DNA of 64,000 nt, taken from the human T2T-CHM13v2.0 reference genome, Homo sapiens. The DNA lies in NCBI RefSeq assembly GCF_009914755.1, contig NC_060934.1. The stretch is one strand, 5' to 3'. A program made the translations under genes and the position numbers. Under the pieces are notes generated by a model that worked only from the letters and a program-made list of their open reading frames with translations, searched no databases and was not told where the DNA came from. Numbering within the stretch: position 1 is the stretch's first letter; the number at the start of each line of letters is the position of its first letter. Positions 28,128 to 42,924 of the stretch are shown piece after piece.

Positions 28128-29740
28128 CTCCCAAGACTCAAAAAATCTTGTAAAATTTGGAATCAATTTTGAATTTTCTAGTAACTAAGAAACTTTTTCT
28201 ATGGAGGAGGAAATGGTATCAGCCAGTCCTTAAAATAAAAATATTGGCATTATAAGTTTAAATTAAAAATAAGCCACTTAATTGTTTACCACTTATGCAA
28301 CACTTAATTTCTTGCTGTGTTCTATTTCTTTGTCATCCTCTACCATGTACTTGCAGCATTAGTTATTATCATTTGCTTTAATGAAAACACACAGAGTACA
28401 TGTCATGATCAATGTCCCATAGTCATTGAAATGTTGTGATTTGTGTTTCTTAATTTATGAGATAATATATCTAAGACAAGGGAGTTTACATTTCTTGGTA
28501 AAAATAGAATAAGAAATAACTCTATTACTGATAAATCCTTACTGAGAAATCCTGTTGTGCTCGATGACTGTTTCCAGAAATAGTCACCTGCTTCTGCAAA
28601 CTGTCCATTACTCCTCCAGTGACTCAGGAATTGTGTAGTAAAACCAGTTTCACAGTATGAGACAAGCTATACTTTTTATGGTATAAGTCTACTACTCTGA
28701 CCTAAGATGAAGGGTGCTGCCTACTTTAAACTTTGCACTACATTTTTTTTCTTATTTCACGTGCCTTTTCAGGTTGAAAAAGAGATGTTGTATCTCAACT
28801 CCCTGGCAGGTCCTTAATGTTCATGCATCACATTCCACTCTGAGTCTATAAAATGTAGTCTCATATTTTCACAAGGTTTTGTCTGTTTATTTGTTTTGTC
28901 CTTTTTTATATATAATAAAGGGTTATTTGGACTGTGTTGGAGGGAGAAGGTTTGCTTCTCTTTTTAAATTAAGTTGTTAAGGTCATGGCAGTCTGCCTTT
29001 AGGTTGGCCAGATGCCTATCCTTCCTCTCTAAAATCCGACCTACTTCCCCGCTACTTCTTGGTAATACTCAGACCTTTTACAACCAACCTTTTATCATGA
29101 AATAAGGCAGCTATCCAAAGAAATACTATCACATACCTCATTATCAAATCAAAACATTCTTTCTTTTCCTCTATCACTCACAAATCCACCAAAACAAGTG
29201 AACAGAACCCATTCACCAACCTGAAAGAAAACATTCTATTCTGTCGACTTTAAAATTGCTTTGAAAGGACTAAGAATTGAGCATCTAAAAGACTTAAAAA
29301 CTATAAGACTAAAACTTCATTCATGGCCAACCATTTTATAAGGCACTTATCATACTACTATAGAGAAGATTTTTTTCCATGTTCTTAGCCTCTTTTCTCC
29401 TCTACTTTACATTTCTTAACCCCAAAATTATGTTTTGAGCCAGGTGTATGATGCAGTATTTAAAAAGACTAATAAAACTGTGACAGAGAGAAATTCGGCT
29501 GACATTTAGTGTATAAGAGACATCACAAATCTTTATTTTTTAAATCAAATTATAAGTGTCTTGAGCCTTTCCAAAGCTTTGAAGAAATCCAGTATTGAAC
29601 CAGTTTCCTAGGATTTCCTTTTCCTTGAGATGAGCAAGAATTCTTGGTGTCTGGCACTCAGTAATCTATGTATTTTCTCTATCATTGTCATTAGTATCAT
29701 CCTCAGCATCATTGTGTAATGTGCCTAAGAATAACTTGGG

Positions 29741-30036
29741 GGCCACACATGGTGGCTCACGCCTGTAATCCCAGCACTTTGGGAGGCTGAGGTGGGCTGA
29801 TCACGAGGTCAGGAGTTCGAGACCAGCCTGGCCAACATGGTGAAACCCCATCTCTACTAAAACTACAAAAATTAGCCAGGCACAGTTGGCACACACCTGT
29901 AATCCCAGCTACTTGGGAGGCTGAGGCAGGAGAACTGCTTGGACCCAGGAGGTGGAGGTTTCAGTGAGCAGAGACCCAGCCACTGCACTGCAGCCTAGGT
30001 GACAGAGCAAGACTCATCTCAGAAAAAAAAAAAAGA
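29741..30036 (+). mobile_element. AluS (Sg-like)
   Basis: gatcacgaggtcaggagttcgag; 14-bp TSD AAGAATAACTTGGG at 29727-29740 and 30037-30050. Confidence 0.93.
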
Positions 30037-30728
30037 AAGAATAACTTGGGGGCTTACTAAAATGTAAATACCCTCCCACCCCCCACAACATGAGAAGTAA
30101 TGAATCAGAATCTCTAGGTGAGGATGTGGGAACCTGCATTTGAATAAGCATTCCAATAAGTGATTCAAAAGTTAGGGGTACTGGGCCACTTAGAAAAAAG
30201 ACAATTTTTGATCTTTCCAACACAAAAGCCTAGAGAGGAAATAGCACAATGGGAAATTTCACATTTTATCTGGCTTCAGGTGCACTTTTGCACTTATATT
30301 TAAATGCGTTTGGGTTTGAGATTCTGATAATTCTTTACATAAAATTAATGAAGGTGTATAATGAATAACGTTCCTAATGTTACTCTTTCAACAGCTGTAC
30401 TCATCTTTTGATGGGCATTTTTGGGGCCAGAACTGCCTGCTCATTTCTATTCCAGGCATGAAACTCAAAACAGCCCTTGTGGTAAATAACCCATGAAATA
30501 TCAACAGGTTTGTTTGTGTATCTGAATTGCTACTACCAGGATTTTGACCTACTAAACTTCCTAGACACTATAGCTTTCTTCCTTGACCATTAATATGGGG
30601 TTGTTTTTTGTATTTTAACTCATACATTCTCAATGAGAGTAATATTGTTTTCCCAGGAAATGAAATTTCTTCTTGAGGGGAAAAAAGTCTATTATCCTTA
30701 TAAACATAGCACAGATAGAAATATAATA

Positions 30729-31326
30729 TGTAGGGGAGGGGGCAAAAAACTTTCTTCTGCCTTCTTTATGTTTAGCCACCAGGGCCCGTGAATCAGACTA
30801 ACAAAAAACAGATTAACAGGAGAAAATTACAATGTTTATTCATTCATGCAACATGCGTACATGTGGGAGAGCTTGGTGATGAGTAACTCAAAGGGGTGGT
30901 TAGAATTTGGGGCTTATATACCATTTTAATAAGTAAAGGGATAAAGGCACTTATGGGAAACAAATGACTTTTTGGAAAAATAAATGCATTTGCAGGAGAA
31001 AAAACAGGCAATAAGAAAGTTTGTGAAAATGTCTACACAGGACAAAATGGTCTTTCATCTCCTTCAGGGTCATAAAACCCTCCTGGAGAAGAGATTTGGG
31101 GTAGGTTTTATTTTCTCTCTCTCTTCTGGGAGTAGACATGCCCTGAAAAGGATTTGTGACAATCTTGTTTCCCAGAAGTTGCTCCTTTAGTCAGAAAAGG
31201 GAAGCTTCAAAGTTGCTTTTTCTTTTTCCCCTTTTCTAAATTTGTTCAATCACAAATGTCTTCAACTTAAAATTATCTTTTTACCAATGTAGCATATTTT
31301 GGAATGGCATATTCTGGTTCCCTTCA
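30729..31326 (-). mobile_element. MER34-family ERV1 LTR inserted in a MER112-like MITE (about 30625-31452)
   Basis: tgtagggg...gcatattttggaatggcatattctggttcccttca; flanks read cattctcaatg... and ...gattgagaaatactg. Confidence 0.7.
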
Positions 31327-33432
31327 AGTACATAAATGGATATACAGTATATATATACGGTAATAAAATTTATGGAGGAAGGATAATTTAAAAGAAAAAG
31401 TCTACAAAGATTCCTTGGTGGGGGACAATGAAAAAAGATTGAGAAATACTGCTTCAACTGATCCCAACTGATTTTCTAGTCTTTAAAATAAAAACTTTGA
31501 AATTTGGAAAATAGAAAAGAAAAAAAATTCCAAGAATTCTGCCACATACATATAATACACACACACATAGCATCTTCAAATATATAGATAGTATTTGTTG
31601 TACCAGAAAATAGTCTAACCCCTTTACGTGTACTAACACTTTTAACAGGGTCAACAATCCTGTGGGGTAGGTACTATTACCATCCCCTTTTAACAGATGA
31701 GAAAGCTGAGGCACAGAGACATCAAGTAATTTGTCTAGGGTCACACAGCTAATACATGGTAATACAAGGATTCAAAGCCAGGAGATTTAGCTTCAGTATC
31801 TATTACTTTAACCATTAAAGTATATGGCATCTCTTTGGGTATATAACCTAATCTCCTTCATATGGATATGTACACAATTTATGTATTTGCAAAAAATGAG
31901 ACTTTGTGCACATTTTACAATCTACACTTGCCTTTTAAAAGTATATGACATCCTTCCATGTTATAAAATAGGCTTCAATATCATTTTTAGTGACTACCTA
32001 GCATTTACTTGATACTGATAGTAACAGTCCTCATTTATTTAGCACTCAGCATATGCTGAGCCCTCTGCCACGTGCGTAACACATATTGTCTATTCAGTCG
32101 TCATGATAGTCTCTTTAGATAATAATGAAAAATAATGGCTTTTTGGAATAACGTTTGTAAAAAATAGTAATAATGGCTAGTATTCATTGAGTGATTCCTG
32201 TTCACTGGACATAGCTCACGAACCTTATCCACATGGCACCCTTTAATGCTCTTTTACAGTAGCCCTAGAAGACTGACACTATTATTATTCCCTTTTTACT
32301 GATAAGGAAATTAAGACTCTGAGAGGTAAAATTATCTGCTCAAATGAACAGACATCAGGTAAAATTATCTGCTCAAGATGAACAGACATCATCTCAGACT
32401 CAATCTCAGATGCTTGCCTCTAAAGTCCTCCTCCGTACTATTATACACTCCTGCTCCCCCTAGGAACTGTAGTTTATTTCATTTGAATGAGCTTTATTCC
32501 TTAAACTAATGTAGACTTTCTGCTATCATTAATGGTTTCTCGGCTTCCAGACCTTGACTCGTTTTGGCCTCTAAGAACCATTGAACCATTGACACTCCAT
32601 ATTGCTAATTGTGATCTTGCACTCCCTGACCTTTCTATTATAAAATACAACTTAACCAGCTATTGTCCTGTTGCATTACAACACTGGTGTTATTAACACT
32701 ATATATAAATGTCATGGTGGGCAAATTCACAGTTCTTAATCTTTCCCTCTCAGAGCAAAACCCCTCTGACACTGGCCCAGAGGCAAACAGCATGAGGCAG
32801 AATCCTTCACAGGTGTTCCAACAAGAAGGCTGAATTAGCTAGGAGCTGATGTGAGATTTTCTGTACATTTTCCCAGTCCTTCACCTCAGGGCTCCTCTCT
32901 CCCATGGCTCCTGATCACATAGAACAGGTGGAAACAATCATTAGTTCACCTCTGCCTCCTGGATCGCCAAGCACATCCAAGGGGCTCAACACTCAGCAGG
33001 TCATAACACTCAGATGTGATAATGGGGAGCCCTGCAGGCACGGCCACAGATGCTGAGTTATTTGGGTGAGCCGGAGTGGCAGGTGCTTCTCTGGGGCTTT
33101 GGATGTCTAAGACCAATATAGGACTTTGGTTCAAGCTCCTGCTCTGATCCCTGTATGAATTTAAACCTACTTAGGCTTCACTTTTCTCTTCTGGCCCTTG
33201 AACTCAAAGTTGTTTAAATTTACACCCAAATTGTATCCTAACCAATACTGCAAAAACGAGAAATGCTGTAGGTAACTAAAAAGAACACCAACTTCTTCGA
33301 AAAAAAAAAAAAGAGAGAGAGAGAAGAAGATCCCTTCCCTGGCTTTATCATTACAAGATTGATGACTTTGGGCATTTATTTGACCTACAGATTTCTGAAC
33401 ATCAGTTTCTTCATCTGAAAAGTGGAAGAATA

Positions 33433-33558
33433 AGCTGGGCACAGTGGCTTATGCTTGTAATCCAAGCTACTTGGGAGGCTGATGCATGAGGATTGCTTGA
33501 ACTCTGGAGTTCAAGATTAGCCTAGGCAACATAGCAAGACTTTGTCTTTAAAAAAAAA
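33433..33558 (+). mobile_element. FLAM/Alu monomer
   Basis: agctgggcacagtggcttatgcttgtaatcc...gcaacatagcaagac followed by an A tail. Confidence 0.85.
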
Positions 33559-34599
33559 CCCATCAAATTTGCAGAACAGTGAAATAATAGTCATCAAAAT
33601 TAGATGAACTAATGATTTGAAGTGTCAAGAACATGAAGAGTGTAGGAAATTGTCTGCAAAGGTGGCCACCAACAATTTCTCCCATACCTGTGCCTGCAGA
33701 CTGCTCTTGCCGTCAATATGGGCTAGTCTTGGGACTTGCTTTGACCACTAGGATGTGCCAGAAGGGATGGTATGCCAGTTCTGCACCTAAATCTTAAGAG
33801 GTCTGCCAGTTTCTTTTCTGCCTTCTTTCGAAATCCAGCCACCACAAAAAGAAACCCAGGTTAGGCTACCAAATGATGAGTGGCCATTATCTTTCCCTGT
33901 CCTCCAAATTTTTCCCATATAATCAGAATAGGAGAAAGTAGGGATATGACTCTGGTACATATATTCAAAGTTTCTCAACAGATACAACTTACCCTGGAAA
34001 CAAAGGGAGAAGCCAACCTGATTAAGTGCACTTAATATGAGTTCTCTGGACTCAAGAAGAGGCTAAACCTGGGATGAACAAGGGACCAGCCTTAGATGAG
34101 GTAACTCATTGACCTTGAATGTTTCTTTCAGCTCTTAATTCAGTTGCTTGGACCCACAGCTGGATTACCCATATGGTGTAGTCAGGATATTAAATGCTAG
34201 GTCCAACATGCTTGGTTGAAATAACTGCCACTAATGTATTTGCATCAATACATCAGCGATTCAGAGAGCCCAGAAAAACATTTAGATTCTCCTTTTAATG
34301 GATCTCCTGTCCTTCCAATCTCCATTCATCTCTTGTCTCAATAGCTCTTTATGTATCTTAATCTTGGTGGAGCCTCATCAATTAGTGTAAAAATTGAATT
34401 GAACACTTCTCTTCAATAGTACAGTGTAGAAATTAAAAGCACATGGTCTAAACTCAGAGTTGAGTCCACTTGTTGTAGAACAAATTACTTACTTTTATGT
34501 ATTAATTCTGTCAATAAATATGTATTGAGTATGTACTTTGTGTGAAGCATGCTGGTCTTCCACATTTAACTTCAGTGCAGGTAGGAGTATAAGTTGCTA

Positions 34600-35175
34600 C
34601 AAAACTCTGGATTGTTTGGAAGTATGTATTAAATTTCTACACATGAACATCCTATTACCAAGAAATTTTCCTAGAATCTACCCAATGAAAATATAAACAT
34701 GCCTGCATCAAGACATACAAAAATGTTCAAGTAGCATTATTTGCAGTAGACAAATGTTAGCTTAACCTCAATTCCATCAATTGTGGAACAGATAAATAAA
34801 ATTTGATACACTAATATAATAAAATACTACATAGCAATAAAAATTTAAAAATTATTATTACCTGCAAAAGCATAGATAAATTGCACAAATATAATATTGA
34901 CCAAATAAGCCAGATACAAAAGAAGATGTAATTCCATTTTGATAAATTTTAGAAGAGGCAAACTAATGCATGATGTTAAAATCAGAGTAGTGGTTACTTT
35001 TGAGGAATGAAAAGGGATGGTAGTTGGAAAACAGCTTTTAGGGAGTTTCTGGGGTGTTGGCAATGTTCTATTTCTTGATTTGGATTGTGGTTTTGTAGGC
35101 ATATTCACTGTAGGATAATCAGTTGACTTTATGATCTGTACATGTTTCTATATGTATGTTGCTCTTAAATTTAAA
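34600..35175 (+). mobile_element. Old L1M (L1ME-like) 3' region ending at (AC)n 35176-35208
   Basis: aatgttcaagtagcattatttgcagtag...ggcaatgttctatttcttgatttgg. Confidence 0.7.
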
Positions 35176-35211
<36 letters not shown>

Positions 35212-36105
35212 CTCGAGCAGGACAAATGGGATTAAAATTAGTTCCCAAGAACTGTGATTTTCTAGGACCCTCTCCTGTGAGTGCTGCTTTCCCACTCCCA
35301 CTAACTCACCATCCTCTAAGAGAATTCCCATCCTCAGTCTTTCCACCTTCTTGCTGTCCCAGGTAGTAGTGGCTCGGTCCCACCTACGGTTATGTAAGGG
35401 CTTGGACACCCTTAGCACATGCCTCATCCAAGCTCTGAATCACCCATGGCACCACTGGAAGCAATCTTATTTAAGAAGCGTGGTAGGAAAAACTGGGATG
35501 TATCCCTCTACTTTTCCTACTTTTCCTGGACTCCGATGTGCACTGACTTGCCCTCCCATTAATAGGCTATGGGAGATGAAAACACTTCATTCAATTTAGT
35601 TAGAAGAAAACAGAAGTAGAATTACAACTTAGAGTGCCATCTGGTGTATTTTTGCCAAGTGACACAAACAACTCTGCTAAGAGCCATGGACTGTAAGGCC
35701 TTTCCCTGAGGGATGTTATAGACCTATTTTTGTTATTGTTGTTGGAATGAGCCTTTGACAGAGTCAAATTCCAATTATGTATCAATTTAAAAAATACAGA
35801 ATGACTGCTAACAGTAGACATTTGTCTATGATTTTGGCTGTGGTCCCAAGCAAGCTATGTTTGGAGAATTTCCTACCATGGAAATTGTAAAAAAAAAAAA
35901 AAAATAGACTTCTCAGATTCCTTTTCACCTTAGACATATGACCTGGGGTCCAACATTGTAAAACAATTAGAAGTACCTGCCATCTGAGCATGGAATTAGA
36001 AACTCGGAAGAGAAGAAGTTGATATTCTGCCATTTCCATTCTAGTGTCTGCCTCTAATCTCTAAAAGCAGTAATGGCAACAATTCTAGCAGAAAGATGCA
36101 AAAAC

Positions 36106-36737
36106 TGTGAAGGTTTTGAGATTTTACACTACTCACTGGCTACCAGGTTAATCTGCCGTTTTAAGGAATCCTGGTAGAAGACATGAGACCCACGGGTCAT
36201 AGACAAAAGTCTCTACTACTCAAGGCACATCAAGCCACATGAACATAGCATGTACCCTGTTCCCCCGACCTGCATTTTTTTTAGAGAAGATATGGATGGG
36301 CTCACATAGATGCCTGAACAAACAATGGCTGTGTTACAAAAGAGGAACCTGAATCCTTTATAATGGGCACTAAGCATGTCTGCCCTTTGCTCTGGAGGAA
36401 AATACTGTATCTTCCAAGGCTTTCGCTGCATGAACATACTTGAAAAGTTAATCTGGAACAAAGGCAAACCAGTGCTTCTGCTTCTGCTTGCAAGATGTGA
36501 AGAAATGCAAGACACCAATGAAGAATTGTCTCCTAAGACAGGTTTCAATAACCAGTGTTGGCTCAATGATTAGTGACTCAACCTGACAATGGTGCCAGTG
36601 GTATATCCACCAGACCAGTTCTGCCGCATAATTTTCATCATTGGCCCTGGCTGCATTGTCTTCAAACCTGATTCTTGGACCCATCTGGAGTTTGTGAGCT
36701 CTAGCCAATATTTTCTGCTTGGTTTCTTTCATTCACA
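36106..36737 (-). mobile_element. ERVL-type solo LTR (MER68/MER76-like)
   Basis: TGTGA...TCACA termini; minus-strand cagagcaaagggcagacatgcttagtgcccattataaag TATA region. Confidence 0.6.
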
Positions 36738-37927
36738 ACTATTAACCCTGTCTAAAACACTAAAGAAGTGGTTGCTTCTCCTTAGAAAATGCCTATACAC
36801 ACCCATTTCTTGTCCTTTATTTTGGTTGATTAATTTAGCCTCTTAGACATTGGGTAAATCATCTGCCTTCCCATTTACTAAAGCCAGGTGTAAGATCTAT
36901 CCTAGGTTCAATCTTAAAGAAAAAGGAACTGGGTATTTATATCATCCAGAAGGCCTGGACCTGGGGTAAACTCTTCAAACAATACAATTTCTAAAAGTGT
37001 TAAATCCCTGACCTGCAAGTTTCTAGAATCTTAGAGATTTTATCTTAATCTATATGAAAAAACACTTCTTCATGAGGACCGCTGATGAGAGTAACTGCTT
37101 GTTGGTTGCTTACTCTGCAACAATGCTTCCTGGAATAGTGTTTCTCAGTTCTTGTGAGATACAATTTTTGTTCCTTGATTTATACAAGTACATTTATACT
37201 AGTTGGGTAATGATCTAAGTTTAAATATTTCTTGATTAACGTACACTTCAATGCTGAGATTATAAAATAAAGTGTTATACCTGAAGGATTGCTTCTCAAA
37301 AAGTTCACAATATAGACTTTCTGATCTAAAAGTGTTCTGCCTCGTCCTTATAGTAAAACAAAATAATATTTTTCTAGCAATTTTCCAAAGTGAATTGTAC
37401 ATATTATATCATCTTCCTTCTAAGATAAGCTGCTTTGATTATGTTCGCATTTCTATGATTTACATTAATTAAATGTCACATTGCACTCTCCCTTAAAGAA
37501 TTATAGACTGTTAGAGTCAGAAGGGGCCTTATGGATCATCTTCTGGTTTACTGCTCAATTTAAACAGGAGGAGGGAGTCCCACATGCTACAAATTCTTGT
37601 TTGTACTCTTATTTTTTTTAAAACATAACATTTGCTAGATTTTAATCAAAGCAAAAAAGTAACACTTATTTTTTTTTAATTGGAAAATAAAGAAACATGA
37701 TTCTAAAAACTCATTTAGGGAAAATTCACTATCAATATCTATGTGCATTTTTTTCCAATCATTTTATTTCTCTCTGTGTATATTTTCACATGCTTTGATT
37801 TAAAATGCATATTTTATTTGCATCTTGATTGTTTTACCAAGCTGCATGTCACTTTTTGTTATTTAAGTGCCAATGATTCTAAAGATGCAAAGATGTCCTC
37901 CCTCTTTCCCCTAAGTGGTGAGAAAAG

Positions 37928-37966
37928 TGTATTAGGGTTCTCTTAGAGGGACAGAATTAATAGGAG

Positions 37967-38000
<34 letters not shown>

Positions 38001-38386
38001 ATATGTATATGGGAGTTTATGAAGTATTGACTTACATGATCACAAGTTCCCACAACAGGATGTCTGCAAGCAGAGGAGAAAGGAGAGCCAGTCCGAGTCC
38101 CAAAACTGAAGAACTTGGAGTCCGATGTTCGAGGGCAGAAAGCATAGCACGGGAGAAAGATGTAGGCTAGGAGGCTAGGCCCATCGGGTCTCTCCATATT
38201 TTTCTGCCTGCTTTATATTTGCTGGAGGCTGATTAGATGGTGCCTACCCAATTAAGGATGGGTCTGCCTTCCCCAGCCCACTGACTCAAATGTTAATCTC
38301 CTTTGGCAATACCCTCACAGACACACCCAGGATCCATATTGCACCCCTCAACCCAATCAAGTTGACACTCAGTATTAACCATCACA
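37928..38386 (-). mobile_element. MLT2A (HERV-L) solo LTR with internal (AC)n
   Basis: tgtattagggttctct...ccaatcaagttgacactcagtattaaccatcaca; A-rich TSD aaaag. Confidence 0.9.
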
Positions 38387-40858
38387 AAAAAGTTAAGTTT
38401 TATAAAATAATTGTATGATATTACATTGTTTTCAAATTTATTTTTTGCTTTCATATGAATAGTCTGTTGTTAATTTTTTCCTAATAGTAATTTTGAATTA
38501 GGCTTCCTTAGATTTGAATGGAATGGTAGGCATACAGTGTATATGGCTATGAACAAATGTAAAGTTAGATTTTATGTGTCTTTACTGATGTAAATGAAGA
38601 CTGGGCTGGTTATTTCCAGACCAACACAGTGGCTAATGTGCTGTGAAACAATACAACGCCCCAAGAAGGAAAAAGAAGACAGGAATTTTCACTGGAAAAT
38701 GGACTACTGGGTCAGGATGATCAACGCCTTTGAAAGATATGGTAGAGACAAGCTCAATACTATTATAAATAATGCTAACAGTGATATTTAATACTGACTG
38801 TTTACTACATGCTAGGAACCTTGATCAGCACCTTAAGTGCATCACCTTAATGAATCACCCCACAAACACTGAAGTCAATATAATGTTCATTGCTATTTTA
38901 GAGATCTGGAAATTGAGACTTAGAGTCAGTAACTTACCTAAGAATAAAGAGCTTGTAAGTGGCAGAACTGGGACTCCTGTAGCATCTCTCAGTGCTGGAC
39001 ATTTAGAAGTCATCTGGTGACAATTTGTTGAGCTGATGTAATTGGATGTAAAGATTGTAAGATTTTTTTTTAATGTAGGAAAATGTTCTCCATTTGTTAA
39101 AAGAAAAAAGTTATTAAGGAACATGCATATTCTAATACTAGTTTGGTAAAATAAACATAGAATGATATATGGAGTAGTATGTGTGTTTGTATAAATAGAT
39201 GTATCTAAGAGTAGATAAGCCAAAGTGCTGGATCTTTCTGGGTGGTGAGATCACAAGATGATTTTAATTTTTCTGTTTTTAGATCTTTATTTTAAAAACA
39301 TTCTAGTTTTATATGAAGAAGAGGTAAATAGTTGGCTGTTTGCCTCAAAGTTTGGTTGGGTAATTCGTTAAATGGCATCCTAAAAGTCTGGGGATAAGAG
39401 AGGCGAAATGTTTGTCTGATCAGAAAAGGAGCAGTGTAGGAGGCAGATGTGAGTCCCAGCAGTTTTTCCAGAGCCCCCAGGCTCATCCTAGACCTCCTCT
39501 GTCAGGAACACCTAGTTTAAGGCAAGTCCTCAGGGGCATGTCCTAGATCCCCTCATCAGAGGACTCACTGGAGGTCATCAGCTCATGGAAATCCTTTAGA
39601 GCAACCAGATTTGTCTCCTGCAGCATTAAATATCTTTATTCTTCAATGATATATATTTTTTCTTTTTTTACAGTGAGTAGGAAGACCAAAATGAGAACAT
39701 ATTGGGGAAAGACCTAAGGTTTTACCATCTTAAGCCCAGATGATTGCTTCGAGTCTGTCTCCTCTCCAAATCATCTTGAACACAGTGGCCTGAAGCCCCT
39801 TTCAAAATGGCCTTTTACAGTGGTGTATTAGAGAGAAGATGTATTTCTTTTACAACTTTAAAAATTTTTATTATTATACAAATAATAGATTTTTTTCAGA
39901 AATATTGGAAAAGCAGAGAAATAATACCATTCAAAAAATAAAGGAAAAAGAAGAAACTGAAGATCACACGTAATTCCATCCCCCATCATCCAAGAGCTTC
40001 TGGAATTCAACTCATTCTCCAGGCACTGAGATAATGCTAGAGGAAGTTATTTATGTTGCAAAAGCTTCCTTAGGCTAAGTCAATATAGATTTTAATCAAG
40101 CTAGTATCAAATCTTAATGAAACATGTGCTAAGAGATGCATTTTGTTTCCTTTGTCTCCTAGCCTGCATTGCAAATGTCTCTTTTTGGCCCTGACATCAG
40201 GGCTGAAACAGAAACTAAATACTTAAGTAAAGTGCATCATTGTCCAGAAAAGTAAGCTTGGATATTTGCATGTTAAATGCCCTGTAAATACAAAGACAGA
40301 TTTTGCTTCCCCCACCACACACAACTTCCTATTGCTGTGTGTGTGAATTAATGAACTTACAGGATAGCTCAGGGATGTCTCTTCATCTGTTTCAGCCTTA
40401 ACTACTACTTCCTAATTGAGAATTGTCTTTTACTACTAACCATGATGATGATAATTTATTGGGTATCCACACAGGCTAAGCACTTTAGTAGACCAGCTCA
40501 CGAATATTTACAAACTTTCTTTAAATTAGGATTATTCTCCCTGTCGTATAGATGAGGAAACAGAAATTAATTTACTGGCTCAAAGGCCACAAAAATGCAA
40601 AGTGGCAAACTAAGCTTCCCAGGTCTATCTGGTTCCAGAGCTTTTTGTCTTAACCATTGGAGTAAATAGCTTCACTTTCTGCCAAAGTGGCTTGTGCTCA
40701 TGGTTCCAATAATCCAAGTAGAGAAGAACATTTTGGATCAAGAGGGTACAGGGTCATCGACTCAACCTTAATTTTCTAAAGATCACACCTGATGACCTAA
40801 AATTCAACTGTCTTGGGGCCAATAATGGCTGTTTGGTTGAACACAGGTGCCTATCGAA

Positions 40859-42022
40859 TTTTTTTTTTATATATATACTTTAAGTTCTGGGATACATGTG
40901 CAGAACGTGCAAGTTTGTTACATAGATATACACGTGCCATGGTGGTTTGCTGCACCCAACAGCCTGTCATCTACATTAGGTATTTATCCTAATGTTATCC
41001 CTCCCCTTGCTCCCCTCCCCCTGTCATGCCCCCGTGTATGATGTTCCCCTTCCTGTGCCCATATGTTCTCATGGTTCAACTCCCACTTATGAGTGAGAAC
41101 ATGCGGTGTTTGGTTTTCTGTTCCTGTGTTAGTTTGCTAAGAATGATGGTTTCCAGCTTCATCCATGTCCCTGCAAAGGACATGAACTCATTTTTTATGG
41201 CTGCATAGTATTCCATGCTGTATATGTGCTACGTTTTCTTTATCCAGTCTATCATTGATGGGCATTTGGGTTGGTTCCATGCCTTTGCTATTGTGAATAG
41301 TGCTGCAATAAGCATACTTGTACATGTGTCTTTGGAGTAGAATGATTTATTATCCTTTGGATATATATCCAGTAATTAGATTGCCAGGTCAAATGGTATT
41401 TCTAGTTCTAGATCCTTGAAGAATTGCCACACTGTCATCCACAATGGTTGAATTAATTTACACTACCACCAACAGTGTAAAAGCATTCCTATTTCTCCAG
41501 CATCTATTGTTTCCAGCATCTATTGTTTCCAGACTTTTTAATAATCACCATTCTAACTGATGTGAGATCGTATCTCATTGTGGTTTTGATTTGAATTTCT
41601 TGAATGACCAGTGATGATGAAGTTTTTTTCACATGTTTGTTGGCTGCATAAATGTCTTCTTTTGAAAAGTGTCTGTTCATATCCTTTGCCCACTTTTTGA
41701 TGGGGTTTTTTTTTCTTGTAAATTTGTTTAAGTTCTTTGTAGATTCTGCATATTAGCCCTTTGTCAGTTGGATAGATTGCAAAAATTTTCTCCCATTCTG
41801 TAGGTTGTCTGTTCGCTCTGATGATAGTTTCTTTTGCTGTGCAGAAGCTCTCTCTTTAGTTTAATTAGATCCCATTTGTCAGTTTTGGCTTTTGTTGCCA
41901 TTGCCTTTAGTGTTTTAGTCATGAAGTCTTTGCCCATGCCTATGTCCTGAATGGTATTGCCTAGGTTTTCTTTTAGGGTTTTTATGGTTTTAGGTCTTAT
42001 GTTTAAATCTTTAATCCATCTT
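40859..42022 (-). mobile_element. L1PA, 5'-truncated 3' fragment (about 1.2 kb)
   Basis: tactttaagttctgggatacatgtgcagaacgtgc...ccatgcctatgtcctgaatggtattgcctagg. Confidence 0.93.
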
Positions 42023-42589
42023 TAAGAAACCTAGGTAGTAGCAAGTTAATCATGTTTCCTGATCAGAATGGAACAGATAACTAGATGTAGTACAGTCTTC
42101 AATGACTTGGATAAGTTATTGGCACTTTCAAGATCTGTTTTCTCTTTTATAAAGTAAGGAAATTGGACTAAATGATATTTCTGATACCTTCTGATACTAA
42201 AACTCGAAGGTTCTTCTTGCTCAGAGGGCACCCTGTTTTCCACCTCAAAGAATGATAGCGGTTTCTCTGATTAAAATAAAATTATTAAGTCAAAGAAAGA
42301 CAGTATCAACAACTTATTAGAAATTCTCCTTCTCTTTTTGGAGAGGGGCATGCATTTCTTTGTGTTCACTCAAGCCTCTGAAAATATAAATAATATATTA
42401 TGACAGAGTGAATTATGATGACAAAGTTTGGCATTTAATCAGAAAAATTGAATAAATTAATGTATAAAATGACCAATCCATGATTACAACTCCTTTGTAA
42501 TGCTGTAGTTCCTCAGAGACAGGTATGCAACTATGTGGCTTCATCCAAGGTCTATTTTGTACTTACTTTCAAATGGCAAATAACAGGTA

Positions 42590-42924
42590 ACCTCCCAAAA
42601 TTCATATGTGAAAGTTCTAGCCCCCAATGTGACTGTATTTAGAGAAAGGGTTTTTAGGAGGTAATTAAGGTTAAATGAAGTCATACGGGTAGGCACCAAT
42701 CTGATAGGACTGCTGACCTTACAGAGATCTCACTCTCAGCCTTATGAGGGCATAGCTAGAAGGCAGCAATCTGCAAGCCAGGAATAGGACCTTTACCAGG
42801 ACTGAATCAGCAGGTACCTTGACCTTGGACTTCTCTGTCTCCAGAACTGTGAGAAACAGATTTCTGTTGTTTAAACCAATCAGTCTGTGACATTTTGTTA
42901 TTGCAGCCTGAACAGACTAAGACA
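42590..42924 (+). mobile_element. MLT1 (MaLR) LTR
   Basis: cccaaaattcatatgtgaaag...ccagaactgtgagaaa...gcagcctgaacagactaagaca. Confidence 0.8.

Noticed and set aside
36216-36846. Cluster of overlapping ORFs as a retroviral env remnant
   Set aside because: Falls mostly within a solo LTR; no env, pol or gag motifs
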